Counted from the stretch's first letter, positions 1 through 7,070 are shown. The stretch: DNA of 16,220 bases from Candidatus Brocadiaceae bacterium (GCA_030018855.1 JASEHG010000024.1:1-16220); one strand, 5' to 3'. Notes: generated by a model not told the origin, from the sequence alone. Program-made: numbers and translations.

Positions 1-801
1 ATATCCCAGCTCCCCCTTCAGGCAGGCCTGCACCCCCCTGGTGAGCTGACCGGTGGTGGGGTCTACTAGTTTCAATTCCAGAGCCGTCCGCTTCTTTATC
101 AAACCCATCTCCCTGATGGTGGAGGCGAAAAGGGATTCAGTAATCATGTAACCGTCTTCGTCCACCAGATAGGTCTCGCCCGTCTCACCAAGCTTTACCC
201 CGCGCAACATCCTGGAGAGGGACATAACGTCCACCCTCAGGCTCACTACCCCAATGACCCTGTGCCTATCGTCCCTTACGGGACCTGAGACAAGGAGGGT
301 GGGCACACCCTTCTCCATCTCCCCGGACTCGTTCTGGATGGGAAGGGCAGAGGGGTGGACACGGGTTACGAAGACGTTACCCTTTAGTGCCTCCTGGAAG
401 TAATCAGATTCCGCCATACTTAGCTCCAGCAGGTCTTCTCTGGTAGATACCCTAATCCTACCCTGGTAGTCGGCAAGAGAGATTTCTTTGTAACCAAAAT
501 TGTCCTTTATGGATTGGAGTTGAGAAGTAAGCTCCTGGTACTCTTTGTCGCCCGGATTGAACCTTAGGAAGGAATTGATTAGATACTCCCCGGCCATAAC
601 CGTAACATGGGCCTTGCGCTCCTTCATCCACATGGAGACAAGCTCGGCCTGCTTGTGGCCCACGCTCTCCAGGTCTCTTTTCCCAGACTCTTGAAAGGCC
701 TTCTGTATCATGGGGAAACCCACCAGCCTGGTGGTCAGTAAGGGGACGCCGGAAAAGAGGAGGAAGAGGATTATCGTCCTACTACGAATAGAATCAAACA
801 T
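1..801 (-). CDS. Membrane-anchored Cache-type extracytoplasmic sensor protein, N-terminal 267 codons only. The output domain (kinase, MCP or cyclase) lies beyond the window edge.
   Basis: Hand translation of the minus strand from the ATG at 801-799 gives 267 sense codons with no stop, running off position 1. This is why it is absent from the ORF track. N-terminus MFDSIRSRTIILFLLFSGVPLLTT is a short cytoplasmic stub plus one TM helix. The periplasmic part contains Cache-like strings (GETGETYLVDEDGYMITES; HRVIGVVSLRVDV). An SD-like GGGAGAG sits 7 nt upstream of the ATG. An alternative in-frame ATG at 891 has no SD. Confidence 0.7.
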   Translation of the reverse strand, partial: MFDSIRSRTIILFLLFSGVPLLTTRLVGFPMIQKAFQESGKRDLESVGHKQAELVSMWMKERKAHVTVMAGEYLINSFLRFNPGDKEYQELTSQLQSIKDNFGYKEISLADYQGRIRVSTREDLLELSMAESDYFQEALKGNVFVTRVHPSALPIQNESGEMEKGVPTLLVSGPVRDDRHRVIGVVSLRVDVMSLSRMLRGVKLGETGETYLVDEDGYMITESLFASTIREMGLIKKRTALELKLVDPTTGQLTRGVQACLKGELGY

Positions 802-960
802 CTTCAGTCTCTCCCAGTGTAATGTGCCAGATTGCCTGGCCCGTTGGTTAAGTAAAAATTGTGCTACGCAAACCACGTACAAATTAGGCATGGGTAATGT
901 AGCACCAGGCAGAAAATCTTAGCAGACTGCGATGTCTTTGTCAATCGTGGCCGCTGAGCT

Positions 961-1084
961 TAGGGGGTAGGGAAGAATTGCATTGTAAATTGAAAATTGC
1001 AAATTTTAAAATTTAATCCGCCTCAGGCGGACCAATTTACACTTTACAATTTTCTGTTCCCTGGTCCCTACCCCCTACTCCCTA
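961..1084. repeat. Composite palindromic element in the divergent intergenic region. A 13-bp perfect outer stem encloses AT-rich word repeats and a small GC hairpin.
   Basis: TAGGGGGTAGGGA (961-973) is the exact reverse complement of TCCCTACCCCCTA (1066-1078). Inside are reiterated ATTGTAAA/TTTACAAT-type words, a perfect 14-nt palindrome AAATTTTAAAATTT (1001-1014) and the hairpin CCGCC-TCA-GGCGG (1018-1030). A related string CCTGAGGCGGACC recurs at about 1197-1209. Confidence 0.75.
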
Positions 1085-1110
1085 GTCTACACCGTCCATT
1101 TCAAAAGTTA

Positions 1111-1140
1111 TTGACATGATAGGAGGTAAACTGCTAGACT
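1111..1140 (+). promoter_or_regulatory. Candidate sigma70-like promoter for the 1256 ORF
   Basis: TTGACA (1111-1116), 18-nt spacer, TAGACT (1135-1140). Motif match only. Confidence 0.3.
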
Positions 1141-1255
1141 CTTCCCTTTAGGTATTATAGGGGCATCCGCCCGCCCAAAAGATGGCGGATTTTCAACCTG
1201 AGGCGGACCGCATTCCCACACTTCGGGCAGGATAAGAAGGGGAAAGGAGTATGAG

Positions 1256-1708
1256 ATGAGACCCTGGTTGACAGGGGTGGCGAGGCCACTCTTAACGGTA
1301 GTGGTGGTTTGGGGGTTGTCCATTCTTGTCTGGAATGGTCTTGTACTTGGAGAACTCAGACATCAATACTATCTCCTTGCTGAGACGGGTCACGAACCCG
1401 GGTGTGTGGTGGACATACATATTAATGATGAGCATGTTGCGGTGATAGAGCCAGAGGTTAAGAAGGAGATAGTGGACGTAACTTCTTTTGTGGAGGCAGG
1501 AGTTAACGAGGTAGTATTTGAGGCAGAAGCCCTTGCGGATGAGGGGGATGACGATGGCACAATAAGTATCCAGATAGGGTCTGGCACTTATAAGGATGGC
1601 AAGCTGAACTGGGAGGCCTTAAGTGTCCAGTACAGCGTGTCCAGGTCCCAGATAAAGAAGGAAAAGAAAGAGATTATCACCACCTCCCTTAAATTTGATG
1701 CCAGTTAG
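1256..1708 (+). CDS. Hypothetical protein with an N-terminal signal-anchor/TM helix (150 aa)
   Basis: ORF track entry. AGGAG lies about 8 nt upstream. The upstream ATG at 1250 runs into a TGA after two codons. N-terminal hydrophobic stretch LLTVVVVWGLSILVWNGLVL, then an acidic soluble domain with no motif I recognise. Confidence 0.55.
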   Translation: MRPWLTGVARPLLTVVVVWGLSILVWNGLVLGELRHQYYLLAETGHEPGCVVDIHINDEHVAVIEPEVKKEIVDVTSFVEAGVNEVVFEAEALADEGDDDGTISIQIGSGTYKDGKLNWEALSVQYSVSRSQIKKEKKEIITTSLKFDAS

Positions 1709-1738
1709 TCCTTACGGGGCGTAACAAAGGGGAAGGTC

Positions 1739-1766
1739 TTGAATTTTGTGTTTGTCAAGATATAAT
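1739..1766 (+). promoter_or_regulatory. Candidate sigma70-like promoter for the zinc-ribbon gene
   Basis: TTGAAT (1739-1744), 16-nt spacer, perfect TATAAT (1761-1766). GGAGG RBS about 8 nt before the ATG at 1810. Confidence 0.45.
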
Positions 1767-1809
1767 TTGTTAATCAGCAGTTAGCGTTTTGCTTTGGGGA
1801 GGTTAATGT

Positions 1810-2070
1810 ATGCCGACGTATGAGTATAGGTGTGAAGGTTGCGGTCATGAATTTGAGCTCTTTGAATCCATTAATGCCGGCAAGGTGAAGACCTGCCCCT
1901 CTTGCGGGAATAAGGCCAAGAGGCGTATTGGGACGGGGTCAGCCGTAATCTTTAAGGGGAGTGGTTTTTATCAGACGGATTATCGCAGTAAGGACTACCA
2001 CGACAAGGCCAAGGCAGAAAAGGGTGGCGGGGCCGCCCCAGGCGAGGCGTCCAAGGGGGGGAAACAATAG
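1810..2070 (+). CDS. FmdB-family zinc-ribbon protein (putative regulatory protein)
   Basis: N-terminus MPTYEYRCEGCGHEFE...CPSCG is the characteristic FmdB/CxxC-x(n)-CxxC zinc ribbon. It has a Gly/Lys-rich tail and a strong GGAGG RBS. Confidence 0.85.
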   Translation: MPTYEYRCEGCGHEFELFESINAGKVKTCPSCGNKAKRRIGTGSAVIFKGSGFYQTDYRSKDYHDKAKAEKGGGAAPGEASKGGKQ

Positions 2071-2081
2071 GCAGGGTGGTG

Positions 2082-2099
2082 GCGGGTCTCCAGACCCGC
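2082..2099 (+). terminator. Possible stem-loop terminator after the zinc-ribbon gene
   Basis: GCGGGTCT-CC-AGACCCGC, a perfect 8-bp stem, extended by AGGCAG (2069-2074) pairing with CTGCCT (2108-2113) and followed by GATTTT. There is no clean U-tract directly after the inner stem. Confidence 0.35.
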
Positions 2100-2138
2100 A
2101 AAATAGACTGCCTGATTTTGAGAAGACAGAGTTTGTTA

Positions 2139-2168
2139 TTGACAATAGAATGCGTACGATGTTATCAT
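2139..2168 (+). promoter_or_regulatory. Candidate sigma70-like promoter for the ACP-to-radical-SAM operon
   Basis: TTGACA (2139-2144), 18-nt spacer, TATCAT (2163-2168). It shares the TTATTGACA context with the 1111 candidate. Motif match only. Confidence 0.4.
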
Positions 2169-2257
2169 ATTTCAAATTTATTCCACCCGAGCGGGGTCTC
2201 TATAATCTAAAGGGTGGCTTTTTGTCTCAAAGGGTTTTAGAGTGAACAAAAAGGAGG

Positions 2258-2557
2258 GTGTATTTGGAGACACTGAGCACGGAAGAAGTAGAAAAGGATG
2301 TTACTGCCATAGTAGCAGAGGTGACCGAGCTAGATAGGGAGGAGATATGGCAGAAAAGGGAGGCCAACTTTTTCAAAGAACTGGAGATAGACTCCCTCCT
2401 GGCCCTGGAGATATTGGCCCTTATAGAAAAGAAGTTCAAGATTCAGATTCCTGAAGAGAAGCTGGTAGACATTACCTCTCTAACTGGCACCATCAATATG
2501 ACCAAAGCGGTCCTGTCTGAGAATGGAAGGCTCAAGGGAGAGCCTCAGAAGGCCTAG
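2258..2557 (+). CDS. Acyl carrier protein, dedicated and longer than canonical AcpP
   Basis: The phosphopantetheine-attachment motif EIDSLLALEI (DSL serine at about residue 46) sits in a small acidic helical protein. The tracked GTG at 2258 directly abuts the AAGGAGG SD (2251-2257). TTG at 2264, with 6-nt spacing, is the more plausible start. Confidence 0.85.
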   Translation: MYLETLSTEEVEKDVTAIVAEVTELDREEIWQKREANFFKELEIDSLLALEILALIEKKFKIQIPEEKLVDITSLTGTINMTKAVLSENGRLKGEPQKA

Positions 2558-2569
2558 GAAGGACCCTTT

Positions 2570-3019
2570 ATGGGTATCAGTTTTGAGGAGGTAAGGAGAC
2601 TAGTCCCTCAGAGGTATCCTTTTCTCTTCATAGACAAGGTGGTGGAGTTAGAGGAAGGTAAGAGGATCTTATGCCTAAAGAATGTCTCAGGAAATGAATC
2701 TTTTTTTGTAGGACATTTCCCAGAGTATGCCATAATGCCTGGGGTGCTGACCCTGGAAGCCCTGGCCCAAGCCTCCATAATCTTATTCAAAAAAAGCTTC
2801 CTTAAAGAAGAAACTTCCAATTCGGTATTCCTCCTGGCCTCTCTGAGGGCCAGTTTCGTAAAGCCTGTCTTCCCCGGAGACCAGTTACTCCTGGAAGTCA
2901 ACGTGGAAAAGGTGGTGTCCAAAGGGGCAATTGTGCAGGGTACGGCAAGGGTGGGGGAGGAGATAGTAGCCAAGGCCTCCTTGACCTTCGGTCTGGCTGA
3001 TAAGAGTTCTCTGGGTTAG
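2570..3019 (+). CDS. fabZ: 3-hydroxyacyl-ACP dehydratase FabZ
   Basis: Hallmark strings LVPQRYPFLFIDKV and GHFPEYAIMPGVLTLEALAQ, with the catalytic His and Glu present. Length is 149 aa. RBS AGGAAGGA is 7 nt upstream. Confidence 0.93.
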   Translation: MGISFEEVRRLVPQRYPFLFIDKVVELEEGKRILCLKNVSGNESFFVGHFPEYAIMPGVLTLEALAQASIILFKKSFLKEETSNSVFLLASLRASFVKPVFPGDQLLLEVNVEKVVSKGAIVQGTARVGEEIVAKASLTFGLADKSSLG

Positions 3020-3090
3020 ATTTGGAGATTTAGAGATTTGAGATTTAGGGATTTAAAATCTAAAAATCCAAAATCTCAAAATCTAAAATT
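3017..3090. repeat. Mirrored word array: about 5 x (R)GAGATTT followed by about 5 x AAAATCT(C), forming an imperfect hairpin
   Basis: The sequence reads TAGATTT GGAGATTT AGAGATTT GAGATTT AGGGATTT | AAAATCT AAAAATCC AAAATCTC AAAATCT AAAATT. The first TAG is the fabZ stop codon. The element ends 5 nt before the fabF ATG. Confidence 0.8.
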
Positions 3091-3095
3091 ATGAA

Positions 3096-4316
3096 ATGGA
3101 AAGGCGTGTAGTAGTCACTGGGCTGGGCGTAATTACCCCTATCGGTTCTGGCAAGGACAAGTTCTGGAAGGCCCTGCTGGAAGGGAAGTCAGGCGTAGGG
3201 GAGGTAACTTGCTTTGATACCTCAGGACACAAAGTCCATAGGGGTACGGAGGTAAGGGACTTTAATCCCAGGGACTACATTAAGAACGGGACCGTAGACC
3301 AGCTGGGTAAGGGGTCTCAGATGGCCATTGCGGCCACCAAGTTGGCCCTGATGGACGGGGGACTAGGGCTTGCGGAGGTTGACCCAACAAGGATTGGCGT
3401 ATCAGTAGGAACGACCGGGGGAGAGATACAGATACTGGAAAAGATAAACCTTATAAGATATGGGCAGGACGAAGACCATGTGGACATAGGCCTCTTTCTG
3501 AGGCATCCCTGCAACAATATCCCCTCCAACATTGCCAGAGAATTTGGCCTCAAGGGCCCCAACATTATTATTCCCACCGCCTGTGCAGCCGGCAATTACG
3601 CCATTGGTTACGCCTACGACCTTATAAAACTAGGGAGGGCTGATTATATGCTGGCAGGGGGGGCAGACCCCTTCTCCAAGGTGGCCTTTATTGGCTTTGG
3701 CCGCCTGGGGGCAGTGGCACCGGATATCTGTCAGCCCTTTGATAAAAACCGTAAAGGCATGCTTGTGGGAGAGGGGGCAGGCATACTATTACTGGAACCC
3801 CTGGATAATGCCCTGAAAAGGGGTGCCACTATCTATGCCGAGATTATCGGCTACGGCCTTAGTTGCGATGGGTATCACATCACTATCCCACACCCGGAAG
3901 GGGATGGGGTGGCCTCCTCACTGCGGAAGGCCCTGAAGAATGCCGACATAACCCCTGAGGACGTGCAGTATATAAATGCCCACGGGACCGGTACCGTTGC
4001 CAACGACAGGGCAGAAACTATCTCTATAAAGAAGGTCTTTGGGGACCATGCCAGGAAGTTACTGGTGAGTTCTATAAAGTCCATGATGGGTCACACCATG
4101 GGGGCGGCCAGCGCAATAGAGACGGTTACCTGTGCCCTGGTGGTAAAACATGACGTAGTCCCCCCCACTATCAATTATCAGACAAAGGACCCAGAATGTG
4201 ACCTGGATTATGTGCCTAACGTAAAAAGGGAACATCCCGTAAACATAGCCCTTAACACGGCCTATGCCTTTGGGGGTAACAACAGTTGTCTGGTTATAAA
4301 GAAGTTCTTGAATTAA
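3096..4316 (+). CDS. fabF: Beta-ketoacyl-ACP synthase II (FabF-type), catalytically complete
   Basis: N-terminus [15 protein letters not shown]. Active-site Cys is in [11 protein letters not shown], His in [10 protein letters not shown] and His in [21 protein letters not shown] and the C-terminal [11 protein letters not shown] are present. In-frame TAA at 3084-3086 fixes the start at 3096. No SD is visible upstream. Confidence 0.93.
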   Translation: MERRVVVTGLGVITPIGSGKDKFWKALLEGKSGVGEVTCFDTSGHKVHRGTEVRDFNPRDYIKNGTVDQLGKGSQMAIAATKLALMDGGLGLAEVDPTRIGVSVGTTGGEIQILEKINLIRYGQDEDHVDIGLFLRHPCNNIPSNIAREFGLKGPNIIIPTACAAGNYAIGYAYDLIKLGRADYMLAGGADPFSKVAFIGFGRLGAVAPDICQPFDKNRKGMLVGEGAGILLLEPLDNALKRGATIYAEIIGYGLSCDGYHITIPHPEGDGVASSLRKALKNADITPEDVQYINAHGTGTVANDRAETISIKKVFGDHARKLLVSSIKSMMGHTMGAASAIETVTCALVVKHDVVPPTINYQTKDPECDLDYVPNVKREHPVNIALNTAYAFGGNNSCLVIKKFLN

Positions 4317-4362
4317 CCGCAACATGCAGCTCCTTTCCCTATATTTTTAGCCATACAGAGAA

Positions 4363-5589
4363 ATGCAGAAACGGGTCGTAGTAACAGGTATTGGGATTAT
4401 CAGCCCCATAGGCACCGGTAAGGAGGCCTTCTGGGGGAACCTGGCTGCGGGTGTCTCAGGGGTAAGGCCCGTTACCCTCTTTGACGTGAGTAGGTACACC
4501 AGCCGGGCGGCTGGAGAAATAACTGACTTCAGTCCCAAGACCTACCTTGGACAGAAAGGTATAAGGCATTTTGATAGGACAAGCCTACTCATAACTGCCA
4601 CCGCTGCTATGGCCCTGGAAGATGCCCGACTGGATAAGGTCTATGGGGAGGAAGATATAGGGATAGTGGTGGGGTCCACCTTTGGGAGCATTAACAGTAT
4701 ATCTACCTTTGACATGGACGCCCTCAGAGAGGGGCCCAATTACGTCAACCCAATGGATTTCCCCAATACCGTCCTTAATGCCCCCGCCAGCCGTGCCTCC
4801 ATTTTTTGCCAGGCTAAAGGGCTAAACTCTACCGTTTCCACAGGGGAGACCAGTGGGACGGACGCTATAATCTATGCCTCTGACTTTCTTAAGATGGAAA
4901 GGATAAAGGTGGTGCTAGCTGGGGGCGTTTATGGCCTTACGAGGGATATCTTCTGGGCGGCTTACAAGGCAGGGGTCCTCTCCGGCAGTAAAGACAGCCA
5001 ATCAGAAATATGCGCACCATTTGATAAGAGGCGGAACGGAATTGTACTGGGAGAAGGGGCCGCATTACTGGTCCTTGAGACCCTGGAAGATGCCCTGGCC
5101 CGTAAGGCCACCATATATGCAGAGGTCAAAGGTTATGGTACTGCCTTCAATCCCACGAGCCTGAGCCAGAGTGACCTCCAGGGTGGGGTAAGGGCAGTCT
5201 CCATGGCCCTCCAGGAGGCAGGCCTCGGCCCGCGGGATATATCCTATGTCTCGGCCAATGCCAACTCCAGCCCTAACGGCGACCGTATGGAGGCCACCGT
5301 TATAAAGGAATCCTTCAAGGAACGGGCAAAAAGCATCCCTGTTAGTGCCATAAAGTCCATGACCGGGGACTGCCTGGACGCCTCCGGAACCATGCAGTGT
5401 ATAGCCTGCGTCGGGGCAATCAATAACGGGATAATCCCCCCGACGATCAACTATCGGGAACCAGACCCATTATGTGACCTTGACGTAGTCCCTAACGTGA
5501 AGAGGGAAGCAGTGGTCAGACATGCCCTGGTACAGAGTTTTTCTTACACAGGCAACTGTTCTGCCATGGTACTGTCTAAATACTCCTGA
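4363..5589 (+). CDS. KS-like protein lacking the Cys-His-His triad (chain-length-factor-like partner of the preceding FabF)
   Basis: It has the same fold signature (KRVVVTGIGIISPIG, LAGG, PPTINY, DVVPN). By hand alignment anchored on LAGG, GYG and Y(I/V)xA, Cys is replaced by Glu (STGETSGTDAI), His1 by Ser (NPTSLSQ) and His2 by Asn (VSANANSS). The GH of IKSMxGH becomes GD. In-frame TAG at 4348-4350 fixes the start. Confidence 0.85.
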   Translation: MQKRVVVTGIGIISPIGTGKEAFWGNLAAGVSGVRPVTLFDVSRYTSRAAGEITDFSPKTYLGQKGIRHFDRTSLLITATAAMALEDARLDKVYGEEDIGIVVGSTFGSINSISTFDMDALREGPNYVNPMDFPNTVLNAPASRASIFCQAKGLNSTVSTGETSGTDAIIYASDFLKMERIKVVLAGGVYGLTRDIFWAAYKAGVLSGSKDSQSEICAPFDKRRNGIVLGEGAALLVLETLEDALARKATIYAEVKGYGTAFNPTSLSQSDLQGGVRAVSMALQEAGLGPRDISYVSANANSSPNGDRMEATVIKESFKERAKSIPVSAIKSMTGDCLDASGTMQCIACVGAINNGIIPPTINYREPDPLCDLDVVPNVKREAVVRHALVQSFSYTGNCSAMVLSKYS

Positions 5590-5595
5590 CAATGA

Positions 5596-7008
5596 ATGGG
5601 CAGACCCTCGGCAAAACGGTACGACGTAGTAGTCATTGGGGCGGGTATTGGGGGGCTGGTCTGTAGTGCCTTCCTGTCCAGGAAGGGGAAGAAGGTACTC
5701 CTGGTAGAACAGCATTCTCAGCCTGGGGGTTACTGCACTACGTTCAAGAGGAAAGGTTTCGTCTTTGATGCAGCCGTGCATCATATAGGAGGTTGCGGAC
5801 GCTACAGTATCGTGGGGAGGTGTCTGAAAGAGTTGGGTCTGGGAATGGAGTTCTTCAGGCTGGACCCTATGGACAGCCTCATCTTCCCCGATTTTTCTAT
5901 TGATATTCCAGCAGAAATAGAGGATTATATAACTCTGCTGGGCAAGAAATACCCATTAGAAAAGGGACACGTTGAGAAGTTCTTTAAGGATTTTGTAAAA
6001 CTCTACTGGGCCATAATCAACGAGGCCTCAGATAGCCCAACCTTGAATAACTACAAGAATACGACGTATAAAGAGATGCTGGATAGCTTTTTTGAGGACG
6101 AGGGGCTGAAGAGGACCCTGGCAGGTCAGTGGGGCTATCTTGGTACGCCCCCTGGAGAGGTATCCAGTATAGGGATGTGCCAGATGTTGATAAATTACCT
6201 GAGGGATGGGGCCTATTACCCCAAGGGTGGCACACAGAACTTTGCCAATGGCCTGGCTAAGAATTTTACCGAATCCGGAGGTGAGACCCTCCTATCCACT
6301 ATGGCAGAAGAGGTCCTCATGGACGGTAGGAAGGTAAGGGGCGTTAAGCTGGAAGGAGGATGTGAGGCCCTGGCAGACGTAGTGGTTTCTAACGTGGATG
6401 CCAGGCAGACCTTTTCACGCCTCGTTAAAGAAGAGTTTGACCATACGTATTCAGAGAGGCTAAGGGGCATGAAAGAAAGCCCCTCCTATTTCCTCCTATA
6501 TCTGGGGCTTGACCCGGAGATTGACCTGAAAGGGTTCAGGAGAGGCTTTTATCACGGTCCGGGTAACCAGTGGAAATACGTATCTGCCCCCACAAAGGTG
6601 GATAGCAGCCTGGCCCCTGGAGGGAGACAGATTCTTAACGTGGTAGCCACCGTAGAGGAAAGTTACGAAGAAGTGAGGGACTGGAAGGCCCTGAAGGACA
6701 GGCTCACCCAGGAGAACATAAATTATCTTGATAGGCTGATACCCGCTCCAGGTGGACTCAGAAAGCACATAGAAGTAGTGGAGGCCGCAACCCCCAGGAC
6801 CCTGGAGCGATACACCCTGAATTCCAGAGGGGCTGCCTACGGGTGGGCAGTTACCCCGGAGCAGACAGGTTCGGGAAGGCTGGACCATCGCACCCCACTA
6901 GATAATCTCTTTCTGGCAGGACACTGGACGAATCCAGGGCCAGGAGTCTGTGCGGTAGTATCTTCGGGCTGGAGGGTGGCAAATCTTATACTAGGGAGTA
7001 GGGGGTAG
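5596..7008 (+). CDS. FAD-dependent oxidoreductase of the phytoene desaturase (CrtI)/COG1233 family
   Basis: N-terminal dinucleotide fold YDVVVIGAGIGGLVCSAFLSRKGKKVLLVEQHSQPGGY. C-terminal family motif LFLAGHWTNPGPGVCAVVSSG. Length is 470 aa. The start is 6 nt after the KS-like stop. Confidence 0.85.
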   Translation: MGRPSAKRYDVVVIGAGIGGLVCSAFLSRKGKKVLLVEQHSQPGGYCTTFKRKGFVFDAAVHHIGGCGRYSIVGRCLKELGLGMEFFRLDPMDSLIFPDFSIDIPAEIEDYITLLGKKYPLEKGHVEKFFKDFVKLYWAIINEASDSPTLNNYKNTTYKEMLDSFFEDEGLKRTLAGQWGYLGTPPGEVSSIGMCQMLINYLRDGAYYPKGGTQNFANGLAKNFTESGGETLLSTMAEEVLMDGRKVRGVKLEGGCEALADVVVSNVDARQTFSRLVKEEFDHTYSERLRGMKESPSYFLLYLGLDPEIDLKGFRRGFYHGPGNQWKYVSAPTKVDSSLAPGGRQILNVVATVEESYEEVRDWKALKDRLTQENINYLDRLIPAPGGLRKHIEVVEAATPRTLERYTLNSRGAAYGWAVTPEQTGSGRLDHRTPLDNLFLAGHWTNPGPGVCAVVSSGWRVANLILGSRG

Positions 7009-7070
7009 GGGATAGGGAGTAGGGAAAAGAGAAAAGATTGCTACCCCCTACACCCTACCCCCTACACCCT
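6992..7070. repeat. TAGGG-word / CCCTA-word long imperfect hairpin, with G-quadruplex-capable arms
   Basis: Left arm TAGGGAGTAGGGGGTAGGGGATAGGGAGTAGGG (6992-7024), 16-nt A-rich loop, right arm CTACCCCCTACACCCTACCCCCTACACCCT (7041-7070). GGGGGTAGGG (7001-7010) is the exact complement of CCCTACCCCC (7053-7062). The left arm encodes the last codons and the TAG stop (7006-8) of the CrtI-like gene. Confidence 0.85.

Noticed and set aside
710-922. A 70-aa plus-strand ORF at the left intergenic boundary
   Set aside because: It overlaps the 5' end of the well-supported minus-strand Cache sensor gene and its upstream region. It has no RBS and a Lys/Arg-rich nonsense-like sequence.
981-1003. TTGCA words as sigma-54 -12 elements
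   Set aside because: No TGGCAC -24 element lies at the required spacing upstream of any TTGCA, either here or in the 8545-8971 spacer.
961-1084. The inverted repeats here, and those at 8550-8609 and 12967-13039, as terminal inverted repeats of an IS or MITE
   Set aside because: There is no transposase anywhere in the window. The arms face each other across only 11-92 nt. I could identify no target-site duplications. A MITE-like origin cannot be excluded without genome-wide copy data, so the elements are reported as repeats only.
2183-2224. A leader terminator/attenuator CCACCC-N23-GGGTGG followed by CTTTTTG upstream of the ACP gene, together with the perfect TATAAT at 2201-2206
   Set aside because: The stem is only 6 bp with a 23-nt loop, so it is thermodynamically weak. 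The TATAAT has no acceptable -35 at 16-18 nt. I kept the TTGACA-18-TATCAT candidate instead, itself at low confidence.
1961-2245. A 94-aa plus-strand ORF overlapping the zinc-ribbon gene tail and the promoter region
   Set aside because: It is out of frame with the FmdB-like CDS and Arg/Gly/Pro-rich. It spans the stem-loop and the candidate promoter of the ACP operon. No RBS.
3017-3090. A possible CRISPR array or microsatellite, because of the regularly spaced short repeats
   Set aside because: Units are only 7-8 nt, directly abutting with no spacers, and the second half is the complement of the first. This is a hairpin-forming mirrored array, not CRISPR, and no cas genes are present.
3091-3111. 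ATG at 3091 as the fabF start, and ATG at 10882 as the Rieske start
   Set aside because: Both run into stop codons within a few codons: ATG AAA TGG AAA GGC GTG TAG, and ATG TTT TAT GTT TAA. The tracked starts at 3096 and 10889 are the only viable ones.
4931-5164. A 77-aa plus-strand ORF inside the KS-like gene. The same applies to 12605-12841 inside the cyt b C-terminal gene and 15977-16213 inside the HAO-like gene.
   Set aside because: These are alternative-frame ORFs nested in genes with clear homology-type motifs. They have no RBS and biased, non-protein-like composition.
6992-7024. Telomere-like TAGGG repeats
   Set aside because: This is a short, degenerate internal tract paired with its complement 16 nt away, inside a bacterial operon. 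It reads as a hairpin/G4 element, not a chromosome end.
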